Assembly: GCF_001194135.2 (NCBI RefSeq)
Contig: NC_068992.1
Location: 10,704,337-10,768,336, forward strand
Direction of reading: 5' to 3'
Source of the DNA: Octopus bimaculoides
Taxonomy: Eukaryota
Length of the DNA: 64,000 nt
Made by a program: the position numbers and the translations under genes. Below are positions 25,270 through 38,026 of this stretch, piece after piece. Within the stretch, counting starts at the first letter, position 1; each line of letters starts with the position of its first letter. The notes under the pieces are model-generated. The model saw only the letters and a list, made by a program, of their open reading frames with translations. It ran no database searches and was not told the DNA's origin.

Positions 25270-25790
25270 TCCTAGAATTCTGCTGCAAGTTTTACAAAGT
25301 CCTCTTCTCATCTCGCTGCTGTGATTTAATTTTCTTATGATGCTTCATTGTGGAGACAGTTTGATGCTTGACTTAATGATGTCTGCACGAGAGCCTCCTG
25401 GAATTGTATTTGCTGTGTGACTGAAGTTCCTGCTAAAGAGAAGAACTTTGCCTCCATACAATTGTCATTCTCCATTATTTTCTTTAGGAGAGAATATTAA
25501 CTATTTTGAGAGCAATGGGAGATGACATGGGTACTTCATTGACTACGAGGGAAGAAATCTGGCAGATACAATTAAAGATGACAGAAGGAATTTTCATACA
25601 GGATGTTGATGCAATCCACATAGAGATAAGAAATCTATATCTACTGTGTGGCATTCCCTTAGCAAATCTGCTACATTTCCTGGAGATACAAAGAATTGGT
25701 TTTCCTTTTGTGTCCCGTAGTAAATCAGACTATTGCACAAATGTGTTTTATCAGATCTGCCTGGACCTTCAATGAAGAAGAAGAATCTGT
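25270..25790 (-). mobile_element. Helitron PIF1-type helicase remnant
   Basis: FFFIEGPGRSDKTHLCNSLI (Walker A; family pattern FIDGPGGSGKT.L), NEVPMSSPIALKIVNIL (DEAPM motif), YGGKVLLF...IPGGSRADIIKSSIKLSP (FGGKVV..GDF.Q..PVIP.G.R...IK.SPLW). Stops and frameshifts present. Confidence 0.9.
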
Positions 25791-25794
25791 GATC

Positions 25795-26130
25795 AGTCAT
25801 CATCATCATCATCATCATCGTTTAACGTCCGCTTTCCATGCTAGCATGGGTTGGACGATTTGACTGAGGACTGGTGAACCAGATGGCTACACCAGGCTCC
25901 AATCTGATTTGGCAGAGTTTCTACAGCTGGATGCCCTTCCTAAAGCCAACCACTCCGAGAGTGTAGTGGGTGCTTTTATGTGCCACCAGCATGAAGGCCA
26001 GTCAGGCGGTACTAGCAATGGCCACGCTCAAAATGGTTTATTTTACATGCCACCTGCATAGGAGCCAGTCCAGCGGCACTGGCAACGATCTCGCTCGAAT
26101 GTCTTTACACGTGCCAGGAAGGAGACGACG
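25795..26130 (-). mobile_element. RTE-type 3' end (family C) inserted into the Helitron
   Basis: Near-identical to the 5035 copy; lies between the two Helitron coding remnants. Confidence 0.8.
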
Positions 26131-26539
26131 TTGGCATGGGTACCCACAGTTATAATACATTGAAATATTTCTTGTATAAAATTCGAAGCTCCTGACTCTT
26201 GCTGCTACTTCTTTTGGTTTTGGTAGTTATTGTTTCTGAGGGGAATTAAATTAATTTTCAGATTGGGTAATCATAAAACTAAATGCTTTTAAGTGTTTTT
26301 AATATCTTCCAAGCAATTTTCTTGCTGTTTCTAAAAAAAATCACTTTCATTAATATAACCTTATTTTCTTTAAATTGCTGATAGAGTTACACCGGAGTTT
26401 TTTTTAATATTATTTGTTGAACATATCAAGGTAAAAAAATGTCTGATATGAGAAGAAAGTTCAAAGAAAGAAACCCCAGCCACACATTTAACCTATTCAT
26501 TGTTATTACTTATTAAATTTCATTGTTCTATAACTTCTT

Positions 26540-26880
26540 TTCTTAATATTGCACCAAGAACTCTACATACCATTCACAGACACTCAAAGCTAATTGCTCT
26601 GTTCACAGCCAACAATAATATTCTGAGAAGAAAGCATTTATATTCTTTAGAACTAACAGTGTATAGTCTTGGAAAAGTTATAGTAGAGATGTGGATTCTT
26701 GGTTTCCAGAATGTAATCTTCTCAAAATGTAATGATATGGAATGGACAAATAGAGTAGGCTTCGTGCCTGCACAGCTTGTTGATTCAAGAGAAACGATGC
26801 TGTTTTTTTTTTTATTCGCAACTCTTACTGCTCATCTCTCATTTCTTTCAATGAAGTACAAACTCTGTTCTCTTACCAAG
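26540..26880 (-). mobile_element. Helitron Rep-Hel linker remnant
   Basis: RLYTVSSKEYKCFLLRILLLAVNRAISFECL matches the conserved RMY.VSP.E.ERFYLRLLLL.V.G.TSF..L block upstream of the Helitron helicase; same strand and correct order relative to 25270-25790. Confidence 0.8.
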
Positions 26881-26950
26881 TGAACAGACATCTATATACC
26901 ATATAACTGCATGCGAATTGTGTCTGGCTGTCTTTCTGGCTGTTCTTCAG

Positions 26951-26981
<31 letters not shown>

Positions 26982-27118
26982 TGTATGTATGTATGCATGC
27001 ATGCATGCTTGTATATATGTATGTATATATGTATGTATGTATGTGTATCTTTTGTAGAAATGCAAACACTAACAAGATATATATATATGCATGTATATGA
27101 GTATGTTTGTATATATTT

Positions 27119-27176
<58 letters not shown>

Positions 27177-27539
27177 GTATGTATATCTATGTATGAATGC
27201 ATGTATGTATGAATGTATTTAGTTCATTCTTTGTAGAAGCAATGAAATTACAACAATAACTGAGAATTATGTGGCTGTACCTGTTATCCTTATTGATTAT
27301 TTATTTTATTGCATGTATAATGATAATAAGAAAAGAATTTCTCTTGTTTACGTTTTACAGCACAACATAAACACATGCTCACACAAACGCACATTCACAT
27401 CATTTTATGAACAATTTTCAAATTTAATTAGTCTCAACATCAATTATATAATGAAACATAATGTATTTACTTCTCAACTAGATACTTAAAATGATGTTTA
27501 CCAATATTTGAATAATATTTTACTCTGTAGATAAAAAAG

Positions 27540-27740
27540 CATGATGGTGAAATTTCTCAAGGTATTTTGTGCAGAGGTGTTTCAGCAGAGAAGGATAGGA
27601 GGTGATTCTATTGGTTGAATTATATGAACTGGATCAAAACACAATGGGATTGCAGCAGAGTTTCATCTTGCACATGCACCACACATCTCTTCTGTGACAG
27701 AACTGCATAGTTGATTCCCAGGAACATTGTAACATCTGAC
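27540..27740 (+). mobile_element. Possible decayed retroelement integrase fragment (Copia-like)
   Basis: RRIGGDSIG*II*TGSKHNGIAAEFHLAHAPHISSVTE loosely resembles RSD.GGEY......NGI..EF..PYTPQQNGVAE. Confidence 0.3.
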
Positions 27741-27769
27741 TGTGCATTTTATATCCTCCCCCGATTCTT

Positions 27770-27970
27770 TCGGGTCCAGTCATTTGACTGTGGCCATGCC
27801 GGAGCAACACCTCGAAAAATTTTAGTTGAATGACTTGACCAGAGTACACATTTTTTAAGCCTGGTACTTTTTCTATTGGTCTCTTTTGCCAACCCTTAAA
27901 TTACAGGAACATAAACACACCAGCATTGGTTGACAAGCGGCGGTGAGGGATAAATACAGACTCACACACC

Positions 27971-28017
<47 letters not shown>

Positions 28018-28145
28018 GGTTTCTTTCAATTTCTGTCTACGAAATTCACTCACAAGTCTTTGGCTGGTTGGTAGCTATAGCAAAATAGATGTGTTCAAGG
28101 TGCCAAGCAGTGCAACTGAACTCACAGCCATATGGTTAGGAAGAC
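27770..28145 (-). mobile_element. SINE family B
   Basis: Family B motifs reversed. Confidence 0.8.
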
Positions 28146-28354
28146 TGTAACAAGTTTTTAAGCATCGGTTATGATAGATAAATGGTCAATATCCAATATA
28201 GAACAAAAGTTTGAGTGATGAGGTAAGGTTATAAAGATGGGATAAAGGATGTGCCTGGATGTTAGTATTGGAGACATGATAGGAGCAATACATTAAGAAG
28301 TAAGAGCTTGGGATGTCCCAGGCTGCTTGGTCAATTAATATTAACAATTTTCAA

Positions 28355-28570
28355 GGCAATGAGCTGGCAGAGTCGTTAGCATGCCGGGTGAAATGCCTAG
28401 TGGTATTTTGCCTGTCATTACGTTCTGAGTTCAATTTCCGCAAAAGTTGACTTTGACTCTCATCCTTTTCGGTTGATAAATTAAGTACCAGTTGCGTACT
28501 GGGGTCCATCTAATCGAGTGGCCCCCTCCCCCAAAATTTCGGGCCTTATGCCTAGAGTAGAAAAGAATAT
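28355..28570 (+). mobile_element. SINE family A
   Basis: Family A head through tail (...gggccttatgcctagagtagaaaagaat). Confidence 0.88.
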
Positions 28571-30332
28571 TAACAATTTTCTTTTGACATGAACACAAAA
28601 AAATAAGAGAATATTCAGAGAGTCAATGCTTACAATTTACCTGCAGATACAGGGATATATACACATAAATTTATACATACATGCATATATAATACATACA
28701 TGCATAGATACATATATACATACATACATACATATATATGTATATATATATACACATACGCTCACACATATATATCCATATACATATATACGTACATATA
28801 TACACGCACACATATACATGCACACACATACGTTCACATTGCAATTATGAATACATTTATGAACATATAGCAATGAATAATGTTACACATGCACCACCCC
28901 CATACACACACCCATATTTATATAAAAATAGGTATATATGTGTCTAATATATGAACAGAAGCATGCCAATGCGTATTTGTGTGTGAATATCTACATATCA
29001 CACATATAACCTCTCCACATCTATATATGTTTGTATATATATATATATATACACATACATATATATAATTTATATATNNNNNNNNNNNNNNNNNNNNNNN
29101 NNNNNNNNNNNNNNNNNNNNNNNNNNNNNNNNNNNNNNNNNNNNNNNNNNNNNNNNNNNNNNNNNNNNNNNNNNNNNNNNNNNNNNNNNNNNNNNNNNNN
29201 NNNNNNNNNNNNNNNNNNNNNNNNNNNNNNNNNNNNNNNNNNNNNNNNNNNNNNNNNNNNNNNNNNNNNNNNNNNNNNNNNNNNNNNNNNNNNNNNNNNN
29301 NNNNNNNNNNNNNNNNNNNNNNNNNNNNNNNNNNNNNNNNNNNNNNNNNNNNNNNNNNNNNNNNNNNNNNNNNNNNNNNNNNNNNNNNNNNNNNNNNNNN
29401 NNNNNNNNNNNNNNNNNNNNNNNNNNNNNNNNNNNNNNNNNAGAGTCAATGCTTACAATTTACCTGCAGATACAGGGATATATACACATAAATTTATACA
29501 TACATGCATATATAATACATACATGTATATATACACACACACACATCCACATATATATATATACATGATAATATTCAATAATATTAATTTCTCTCTTTTC
29601 TTATGATTTTTATTTTTTGTCCAAGTTCTGAAGTCTGATCTTTGAGTGTATCTATTTTTGTTGATATCAGAATTTATTCACTTAATCTTCTATCTCTGAG
29701 ACAAAAACTTTAAAAAGAAGAAAATAATGAAAAAAATATTTGAAAAAAATTTTTTTTTTTCAATGATTTAAATGTAGGCAGTTATCTTTGTCATTGCAAG
29801 CTAATAAGGCAATAAAATGTTGATACATGTGTAGTTAACAACTTCGGCAGCAGTAAATAATAATTGTACTTGAATAAAACAAGATCACATGACTCTCTTT
29901 GAAGATTTCCTTTCCTTTTATCATTCAAATATGTGCATAGCAGTTGTCTTGGAAATATTACAGAAAGTTTGGCGTGATATCGTAAATTTAATGCATAGAC
30001 ATTTTTTTTTACCTCATACAGTTCCTATATGTTCAAAGGAATCTGTTGTTGTTGTTGTTGATGACGATGATGATGGTAATGTTATTGTTGTTGTTGATGT
30101 GACTATTGTTGTTGTTGTTGTCATTATTATTATTCTTTTGCATAGGGTTTCCTTATTCTTCTCATTATGAATGGGTGAAGTTTTTCAGTAGCAACAAGGA
30201 ATTCTCAGAGAAAATAAACAAAACCATTGCCTATTAACTATTGTATGCTTGTCCAATAACGCTGAAGTACAAAAGAAACATTGTTTTGTTTCTGTTGCTG
30301 ACATATTTCTCACAATTACCTATGTATTTATA

Positions 30333-30406
<74 letters not shown>

Positions 30407-30804
30407 CTATTCACATAAAAGAAGAACACAAATGGGCTTAAGGGTTCACTATATCTGTTTCAGGCACATTTTTTATTGATGATAAGTTCAACAATAAAGA
30501 TTACATAAAAGAAAAACAAACTGTTTTTGTCAGGTGATTAAAATTAGTTAGGAGAATATATTACAAGATGTAGAATGACCCTCTTTGCTAACCATCTTCA
30601 TAGAGAGTGAAAACTTGCTGAGAACTTTCTAAATATAACTGGTTGTGATGGAAACTTGCAGTTCAGACGTCAGTGGGCACTGACAGCTACAATGGACTCA
30701 ATCAAAATTCATTTATGTCTTAAATTGGACTAGATAGATAAATAATGATAAAGAGATTATAGAAAAACAGAGGAAGAAGAAAGAAATATGTATATGTTCA
30801 AATA

Positions 30805-30960
30805 AGCAAGAAAATGGACAGGACCCTTTTCCTATCAGGTAAATCGCCCTGCTCAATATGCAGGAAAGGTGCAGACAAGAATTTCTTATGGTGTACTCAG
30901 TGCAGCCTATGGACATACAAGAAGTGCAGTGAAATTATAGGAAGGTTATCAAAGAGGTCA
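30805..30960 (+). mobile_element. RTE-clade LINE fragment with a Cys-rich (PHD-like) module
   Basis: SGKSPCSICRKGADKNFLWCTQCSLWTYKKCSEIIGRL matches the GK.PCS.CRKGVG.NSI.C..C..W.HK.CSGI.GRL insertion found in RTE-type RT proteins. Confidence 0.7.
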
Positions 30961-31392
30961 CCAAATCATCATCAGTTATTTTCTGGAGGATCAAACACAA
31001 TTTTCCGCCTTTAACGATAATATTGATTCCCTTCCAGTGATGCCAGCAACAAAACAAGTTGTTGGGAAATGGGACCAAAACATAGCGAGAAAAAAAAAAC
31101 AAACAAACAATAAATGGATAGATATGCAGCACAAAAGTGAACATACAAACATGAATAAATCTGATTCAAGACAGGACCATTAGTGAATGGCTGAGGATTC
31201 AGGTGAATCAGGTACTTAAATGGCAAAGCACTAGGTTGGGTAAGACAAAGGGAATCGTGCACATTACAAAATCATAAGAACAAATACCTACATACCGAAG
31301 TACAGACAGATTATTATTCCAGTTTTCTATATGATTAACTGTACCTGGCTGAGTATATTATGCATCTCAAGGTTGTATTTAGGAACACATAC

Positions 31393-31445
31393 TTCACAAG
31401 TTGTACTACTCATAATAGACTCAAGATCCACGCGGATGACAGGTT
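31393..31445 (-). CDS. Candidate internal host exon, peptide (E)PVIRVDLESIMSSTTCE; product unknown
   Basis: Strong acceptor ttatttatttattattcaccttacacag| and donor GAA|gtatgt; only one frame is open; CpG-containing. No homology recognised. Confidence 0.3.
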
Positions 31446-31634
31446 CTGTGTAAGGTGAATAATAAATAAATAACAACAGATTCATTCACTACAGCTGTTT
31501 CCAACGAGTTTTTTTTTATTGATGAATAGAAATATTACAAGAAGTGTAAAAATGCTTTCATCTTGTAAATATACACGAATTACACATTTAAAACATACCA
31601 AAAAGTTTTCAGTTTGTGCCATTTCATGTTATAT

Positions 31635-31687
<53 letters not shown>

Positions 31688-33126
31688 NNNNNNNNNNNNN
31701 NNNNNNNNNNNNNNNNNNNNNNNNNNNNNNNNNNNNNNNNNNNNNNNNNNNNNNNNNNNNNNNNNNNNNNNNNNNNNNNNNNNNNNNNNNNNNNNNNNNN
31801 NNNNNNNNNNNNNNNNNNNNNNNNNNNNNNNNNNNNNNNNNNNNNNNNNNNNNNNNNNNNNNNNNNNNNNNNNNNNNNNNNNNNNNNNNNNNNNNNNNNN
31901 NNNNNNNNNNNNNNNNNNNNNNNNNNNNNNNNNNNNNNNNNNNNNNNNNNNNNNNNNNNNNNNNNNNNNNNNNNNNNNNNNNNNNNNNNNNNNNNNNNNN
32001 NNNNNNNNNNNNNNNNNNNNNNNNNNNNNNNNNNNNNNNNNNNNNNNNNNNNNNNNNNNNNNNNNNNNNNNNNNNNNNNNNNNNNNNNNNNNNNNNNNNN
32101 NNNNNNNNNNNNNNNNNNNNNNNNNNNNNNNNNNNNNNNNNNNNNNNNNNNNNNNNNNNNNNNNNNNNNNNNNNNNNNNNNNNNNNNNNNNNNNNNNNNN
32201 NNNNNNNNNNNNNNNNNNNNNNNNNNNNNNNNNNNNNNNNNNNNNNNNNNNNNNNNNNNNNNNNNNNNNNNNNNNNNNNNNNNNNNNNNNNNNNNNNNNN
32301 NNNNNNNNNNNNNNNNNNNNNNNNNNNNNNNNNNNNNNNNNNNNNNNNNNNNNNNNNNNNNNNNNNNNNNNNNNNNNNNNNNNNNNNNNNNNNNNNNNNN
32401 NNNNNNNNNNNNNNNNNNNNNNNNNNNNNNNNNNNNNNNNNNNNNNNNNNNNNNNNNNNNNNNNNNNNNNNNNNNNNNNNNNNNNNNNNNNNNNNNNNNN
32501 NNNNNNNNNNNNNNNNNNNNNNNNNNNNNNNNNNNNNNNNNNNNNNNNNNNNNNNNNNNNNNNNATATATATATATATATATATAAATAGTTCAGAGGCA
32601 CATGTGGACAATGTGTGAAGTCTGAAGTTGCAAAGTAGTTGAAATGCATTCTGAACATAATAAAAGTTCAGCAATGGTTGGTAAATAATGTAACTTTAAC
32701 ATCATATTCACCAGTTACATGTGTAATGTTATGATGCATAAGAATTTGACTAGAAATGATCTGTCATGGAAATGTGTTGAAAGTGGGTGATGCGTATGAT
32801 GTAAAAGGTATTGTGTACTTTACTGGATAGTATTAATGATTAAGGAGTTTGCGTAAGAAGCAACAATGTGAGACAGCAGGATACATGGGTTGTCTAAAGG
32901 AATACCAAAAGACCAAAATGTTCAGTAAGAGGTTATGTGGGAAAAATTGATGCTAAAACTATAATAAGAAAACTCCATGCATTCTTTTAGTGCTTTCAGG
33001 TTTTCATGTAAGAAGTAATGTTTAGAAGCCACTTTATTTATCATGTCCGTGGGTTGATTCAAACTAGTCACATCTGACCCTATTTGCAATTAAAAGAGAG
33101 TGTAGTACAAATGATCCTTATATCAC

Positions 33127-33160
<34 letters not shown>

Positions 33161-33589
33161 NNNNNNNNNNTATGTATATATATATTATTATCCTTATGAT
33201 GATATATATATATACATACATATATATGTATATGTATGTATGTATATATATATATATATGTGTGTGTGCATGTGTGTGTGTATGTATGTATATTAGGTAT
33301 GTATCTATGTATGTATAGAAAGAGAGAGAAAGAAAGAACGAGAGAAAGAAAATTCATAGATACTTATATAATGATGGTGATGATAATAATAAATATTATT
33401 ACTGTTATCATTCTTGTTGATGTTGTAATTATTATTGTTATTATTATGACTATTATTATTATCATTATTGCTATTTATAAAATTTGGTTATCATACTGTA
33501 AAAATATTATTTTTACCTCTTCCTTCAAAATATTATCTCAAGTATTATGAAACAAAATTTTAATTAGAGTACTTACAAAAGAACCCCAA

Positions 33590-35050
33590 TTGCCTAAGGA
33601 AGGACTACAGTGGATACCCAGGGCTAACATCATAAATGTGAGTCTTTCTTTTCACAAACTTTCACAGTTATATTTCCACTCTTTGCATATTCCCATCTAA
33701 GATGGCTACAACATGCAATTATGCTGCACGACAAAATGCTACAAAAAATCAAAACAAAATGCAACACAGAATCAAAACATACAAGAAAATATGCAAGAGG
33801 AAGAAGAAATGACTTGTTTAGTGAACAATAAATGGAAGAAAATGTCTCAAATACTCAAATAAGTTACTTCAAGGACAGCAACAATAATACTAGCAGTAGC
33901 AGTAGAGGCTGTTATATGACTTCAAATGTGGTGGTTCATTCATACAGTAGTTGTGTGAAGGAAAATCTTCCTTTAATACAAAATGAATGAATGAAATTCT
34001 TAGTTCTTTCAAGGATAAAAGAATGAAAGTGCAATTGGGATAATTTCATGAAACTGAGCAGTATCTCTTTGTAACAGTTGATATAATCCAGGAAGAGTAA
34101 AGACGGAAGTAATATAGCTCTGATTATGTAAAAATTGAAGTGGAATAAAAGTTTGCTTTTGTCAATTTGTGCAACAGGCTCTCTGAGACACACTGGGAAA
34201 ATTCTCTCAACTGAAAAAAGGCAAAAGCTATGGCACTTTCTAATGTAGCTTTAATACTGGAGACAGCTACATCAAAGGTAGAGACTATAAAACATCTCTC
34301 TGACTATACGTTTGTGTTCCAGTATGAGGTCAAAGAAATGTAAGATTGACAATAAGTGACATTGGACACAACGTGGGTTCATAGCTAACAATGACTTTTG
34401 TATCGCAGTACAGGAAATTAGACGAAACAGGATTAACAATAAGTGACATATGGTCAGAGAATATCAAAATGAACTTACAAGTCCTAATAAGCCCAAAGGC
34501 CACAGAGCCATATTGGAACCATGACCAGTAGAAGGTGCAAAGTGAAAAGAAAGTGAAATTAATGATTGAAGGTAGAACTCTTAGTTGTTGCACTGAACAG
34601 AGTAAGATCCATCCTAGAACTGAATACCTGAAAGAAACAAAAAATTTAAGCATCAAAATAAAGAAAAATGAAAATAATGGTAGTTAACAGCAACAGTAGA
34701 AAGGGACTCAGATCTTAGTTTTCAGAATACCACCAACCAAAGTCTGAGAGAGACATGCTGAAATATCATTATGTTCAATATCAAAAATAGACAAACAGAA
34801 CCTCATCCCCTAAAAGTAGTAACTTGTTACCCCGTGTTCATCATACAACAAGAAAGAAATAATAATTATTGACGAAAATTCATGAATGGTCTATGAAAGC
34901 ACAAGAAAAAAAAAAGAGAAAAAAATCATAGTAAAGAAGACTTAATGCAAAACAAGGAAAATGGGTGAAGAAGAACAATTTCTTTCTTCCTCAGAAAAAC
35001 AACCAAAGAAATGAAGAAACTGAAGATGAACCACAAATCACTGTTTATGG
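33590..35050 (+). mobile_element. Probable decayed 5' region (ORF1/gag-like) of a LINE
   Basis: A-rich sense strand over ~1.4 kb; ATG at 33702 (MATTCNYAARQN...); remnant VKLMIEGRTLSCC resembles the I.VEGR...C..C knuckle lead-in of L1/Tx1-like ORF1. Weak. Confidence 0.35.
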
Positions 35051-35649
35051 GTAATGTATATGAAAGACATCAAGCAGGTCTAGTAATGACATTGTAGGAC
35101 TGTAGGATACATGTTTCTGTGTTGTTTTTCTTCATCAGCTACAGATATTGACTACCATTTATAGCCCATTAAGAACTGCTATTTTTATATGGAAACAGAA
35201 ATTCTTTTTCAAAGTCAGTCACTGTGGTGAAGGCCTTTCCATAGTTGAGTGTATATATATATATGTGTGTTAGATATAAATATACACAATTATATTTTCA
35301 TCATTGCTTCTTAGTGTGTATTTGAATAATTAATTCCTGCTTGACAAAGTTTGCAGACACAAGCAAATTTACTATTTGCTGTTTATATATATAAGAATGG
35401 CAATTTTTAATAAGATGTGAATGACGGATTTGGTGTATGTTGTAGACGAAGCATAATGGTGTAGAATCATGTCATACAATCTGATGACAATCATATTAGA
35501 TGTATGGAGCTTGATAATATGCATGTGTATGTATACACACACACACATAAATACATATGTAGATATGTGCATATATATGTATGTGTGTATGGGTGGGTGG
35601 GTGTATACGCATCTGTGTGTGTGTGTGTGTGTACATATATATATATATA

Positions 35650-35780
35650 GGAGGGAGAATGTACGAAAAAAACAACAGACGAGGACAGGTGGTGTAAACA
35701 ACAAAAGGATGTATTAGTTTGACGCTCGGGAATACAGAAAGTCTTTAACGTTTCGAGCTACGCTCTTCAACAGAAAGAGA
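35650..35780 (-). mobile_element. Short dispersed element carrying a hammerhead-like motif (35742-35778)
   Basis: Minus strand TCTTT CTGTTGAA GAGC gta GCTC GAAA CGTT AAAGA; closely similar to 37510-37640. Confidence 0.8.
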
Positions 35781-36059
35781 CACACACAGAGGCACAGACA
35801 GACACACACACACACACACAGTATTGAGGCATACTGTGGATGGCAGCCGTGTGTAAAGAAGAGTCAAGCAATGCAATTCAGGTGTACAGAACCTGTAAAA
35901 AGAAAAACAAATGAGGGAACATATAAGAAAAAGTGATGAGAGTTGATCTCAGGATGCTGAACATCACAGAGCAGATGACAAGGTATCATGGGAAAGTGGC
36001 ATGGTACTGTACAGAGAGAGGATCTTGCTAACATGTAAGAATGGACAAATAGATGTAAA

Positions 36060-36210
36060 AATGATGATGATGATGAGGATGATCATCATCATCATGGTAA
36101 TGATTGTGATCATGATGATGATGACAGTGGTGGTGGTGGTGGAGATGATAATGATGATGATGATGACGATGAAGAATATAATGACAATGTTGGTGGTGGT
36201 GTGGTGGTGG

Positions 36211-36244
<34 letters not shown>

Positions 36245-36250
36245 TAATGA
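36060..36250. repeat. Compound (GAT)n/(GGT)n microsatellite
   Basis: Directly visible; explains the poly-M and poly-H ORFs. Confidence 0.97.
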
Positions 36251-36991
36251 GAGATCAATGAGAGATCAGGAGGAAGATGAATGAAGATGTATAAAATATG
36301 AATAGCAGACAAAGAGCGAAAGAGGAAAATACAGGCTTGCATAACATATACAGTGAATAAAGGCTGAGAGAAACAGACTCATGCAATTATATCCTGGTGT
36401 TTGAAAATGACGGAAAGAAGATATATGTATGTAGTCTGAAAATATATAAAGAACACTGGAAAAAAAAAAAGGAAAGCAAAGAGGAACATAAATATTAAGA
36501 GTAAAAGGAAAAACAGTTGATTGGTGCTTAAATGATAACACAATGATATCCAGAATTCTATAGACAAAGCAGTTTCAAGTTCTTTTCCCAATTATTAGAA
36601 AGATATGCTTAACAAAAGTTTAGTTTCCATACAAAATGCCTTTGAACAATACGTAGTTTACAGAGGAATCTTTGACAGTAAGATGTGAATTAGGAAGGAA
36701 AAAAATGTTAATATTCAAACGATATTTAAAGAGCTCTAAAGAATTTCCTAAAACTTTTGGAAAGTTTCAAAGACATTCCATGAACAAGAGAATTATTTAC
36801 TCTGCCTGTAGCTTAGCTGAAATGAAGTTGTATAAATTCTTTATATTTTAATGTGGACATTTTGAAATAGGCTTGTTCTTACAATTTAACAAGTTCAATG
36901 GTGACGTTAATACAAAGAATATGTCAGACGTGGACAAGATGTACTATTTTCATTTTATACCATGCTTGTAAATATCTCTTAAAGTTATCTA

Positions 36992-37028
<37 letters not shown>

Positions 37029-37039
37029 ATATCTCATTA

Positions 37040-37230
37040 CCATCATCATCATCGTTTAGCATCTGGTTTCCATGCTGGCATGGGTTGGATGATTTAACTG
37101 AAACTGGTAAGCTGGAGAGCTGCATGAGGTTCCAATCTGATTTGGCATGGATTCTACAGCTGGATGCTCTTCCTAACACCAACCATTCCAATAGTGTAAT
37201 GGGTGGCAGTTACATGACACCGGCACCAGT
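37040..37230 (-). mobile_element. RTE-type 3' end (family C), diverged
   Basis: Family C motifs after a (CAT)n tract. Confidence 0.75.
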
Positions 37231-37512
37231 CTTTTCAAGCACAGCATATTACCAAAGGTCTCTGTCACTTACCATTGACTCTGAGAGGTTTCACAGTTGA
37301 AGGGTGCACCAGTATGGGCACCTGTATATANNNNNNNNNNNNNNNNNNNNNNNNNNNNNNNNNNNNNNNNNNNNNNNNNNNNNNNNNNNNNNNNNNNNNN
37401 NNNNNNNNNNNNNNNNNNNNNNNNNNNNNTATTATGATTGACCGTTGACTGAACACTATTCAATTTTTTTTCTCAATTTTTTTTCTCCGTGTTTTTCTCC
37501 TTGTCTCCGTAT

Positions 37513-37549
37513 TCTTTCTGTTGAAGAGCGTAGCTCGAAACGTCAAAGA
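37513..37549 (+). ncRNA. Minimal hammerhead ribozyme variant within a short element (37441-37640)
   Basis: Helix I TCTTT(37513-17)/AAAGA(37545-49); core CTGTTGAA (37518-25); helix II GAGC-gta-GCTC; GAAA 37537-40; palindromic ACGT helix III; GUC triplet 37542-44. Confidence 0.6.
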
Positions 37550-37639
37550 CTTTCCATATTCCCGAGCGTCATACTAATATATCCTTTTGTTATTTACACC
37601 ACCTGTCCTCGTCTGTTGTTATTATTTGTATATTCTCCC

Positions 37640-37671
<32 letters not shown>

Positions 37672-37674
37672 TTA

Positions 37675-37850
37675 TTTCTTTATTGCTCACACTGGGAAAA
37701 CAGACAAAGGGATTAAGTCGATTACATCGACCCCAGTGCGTAACTGGTACTTATCTAATCGAGTTCGAAAGGCTGAAAGGCAAAGTCGACCTCAGCAGAA
37801 CTTGAACTCAGAATGTAACTGCAGATGAAATACCACTAAGCACTTTTTTG
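37675..37850 (-). mobile_element. SINE family A
   Basis: Family A reverse complement. Confidence 0.85.
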
Positions 37851-37980
37851 CATATTTCTTAATACATCTAGGCAGGTTCTGACGCAAAATGCCCTGGTTG
37901 CTGTCGTGTATGTCATAGAATAACTTCTCTATTTTATGATACCAGTGTGTTCAACACACTCAGTTCATTGACACATGCCA

Positions 37981-38026
37981 TTCTGGGAGACTGGTGTTTC
38001 ATCTGGTTATGTCTCATCAGTCAGAA
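37981..38026 (-). ncRNA. Degenerate hammerhead ribozyme motif
   Basis: Minus strand ttctga CTGATGA gacataaccagat GAAA C acca GTC tcccagaa: intact core and GUC; bulged helix I; helix II mostly lost. Confidence 0.45.

Noticed and set aside
28617-29525. About 85-bp identical direct repeat (near 28619 and at 29442) flanking an N-gap
   Set aside because: The second copy starts exactly at the gap edge; most likely a scaffolding duplication.
37881-37935. Peptide DAKCPGC...RITSLF resembling ribosomal protein S27 (DVKCPGC)
   Set aside because: In-frame stop just upstream, no further similarity, and the region is better explained as a minus-strand repeat.
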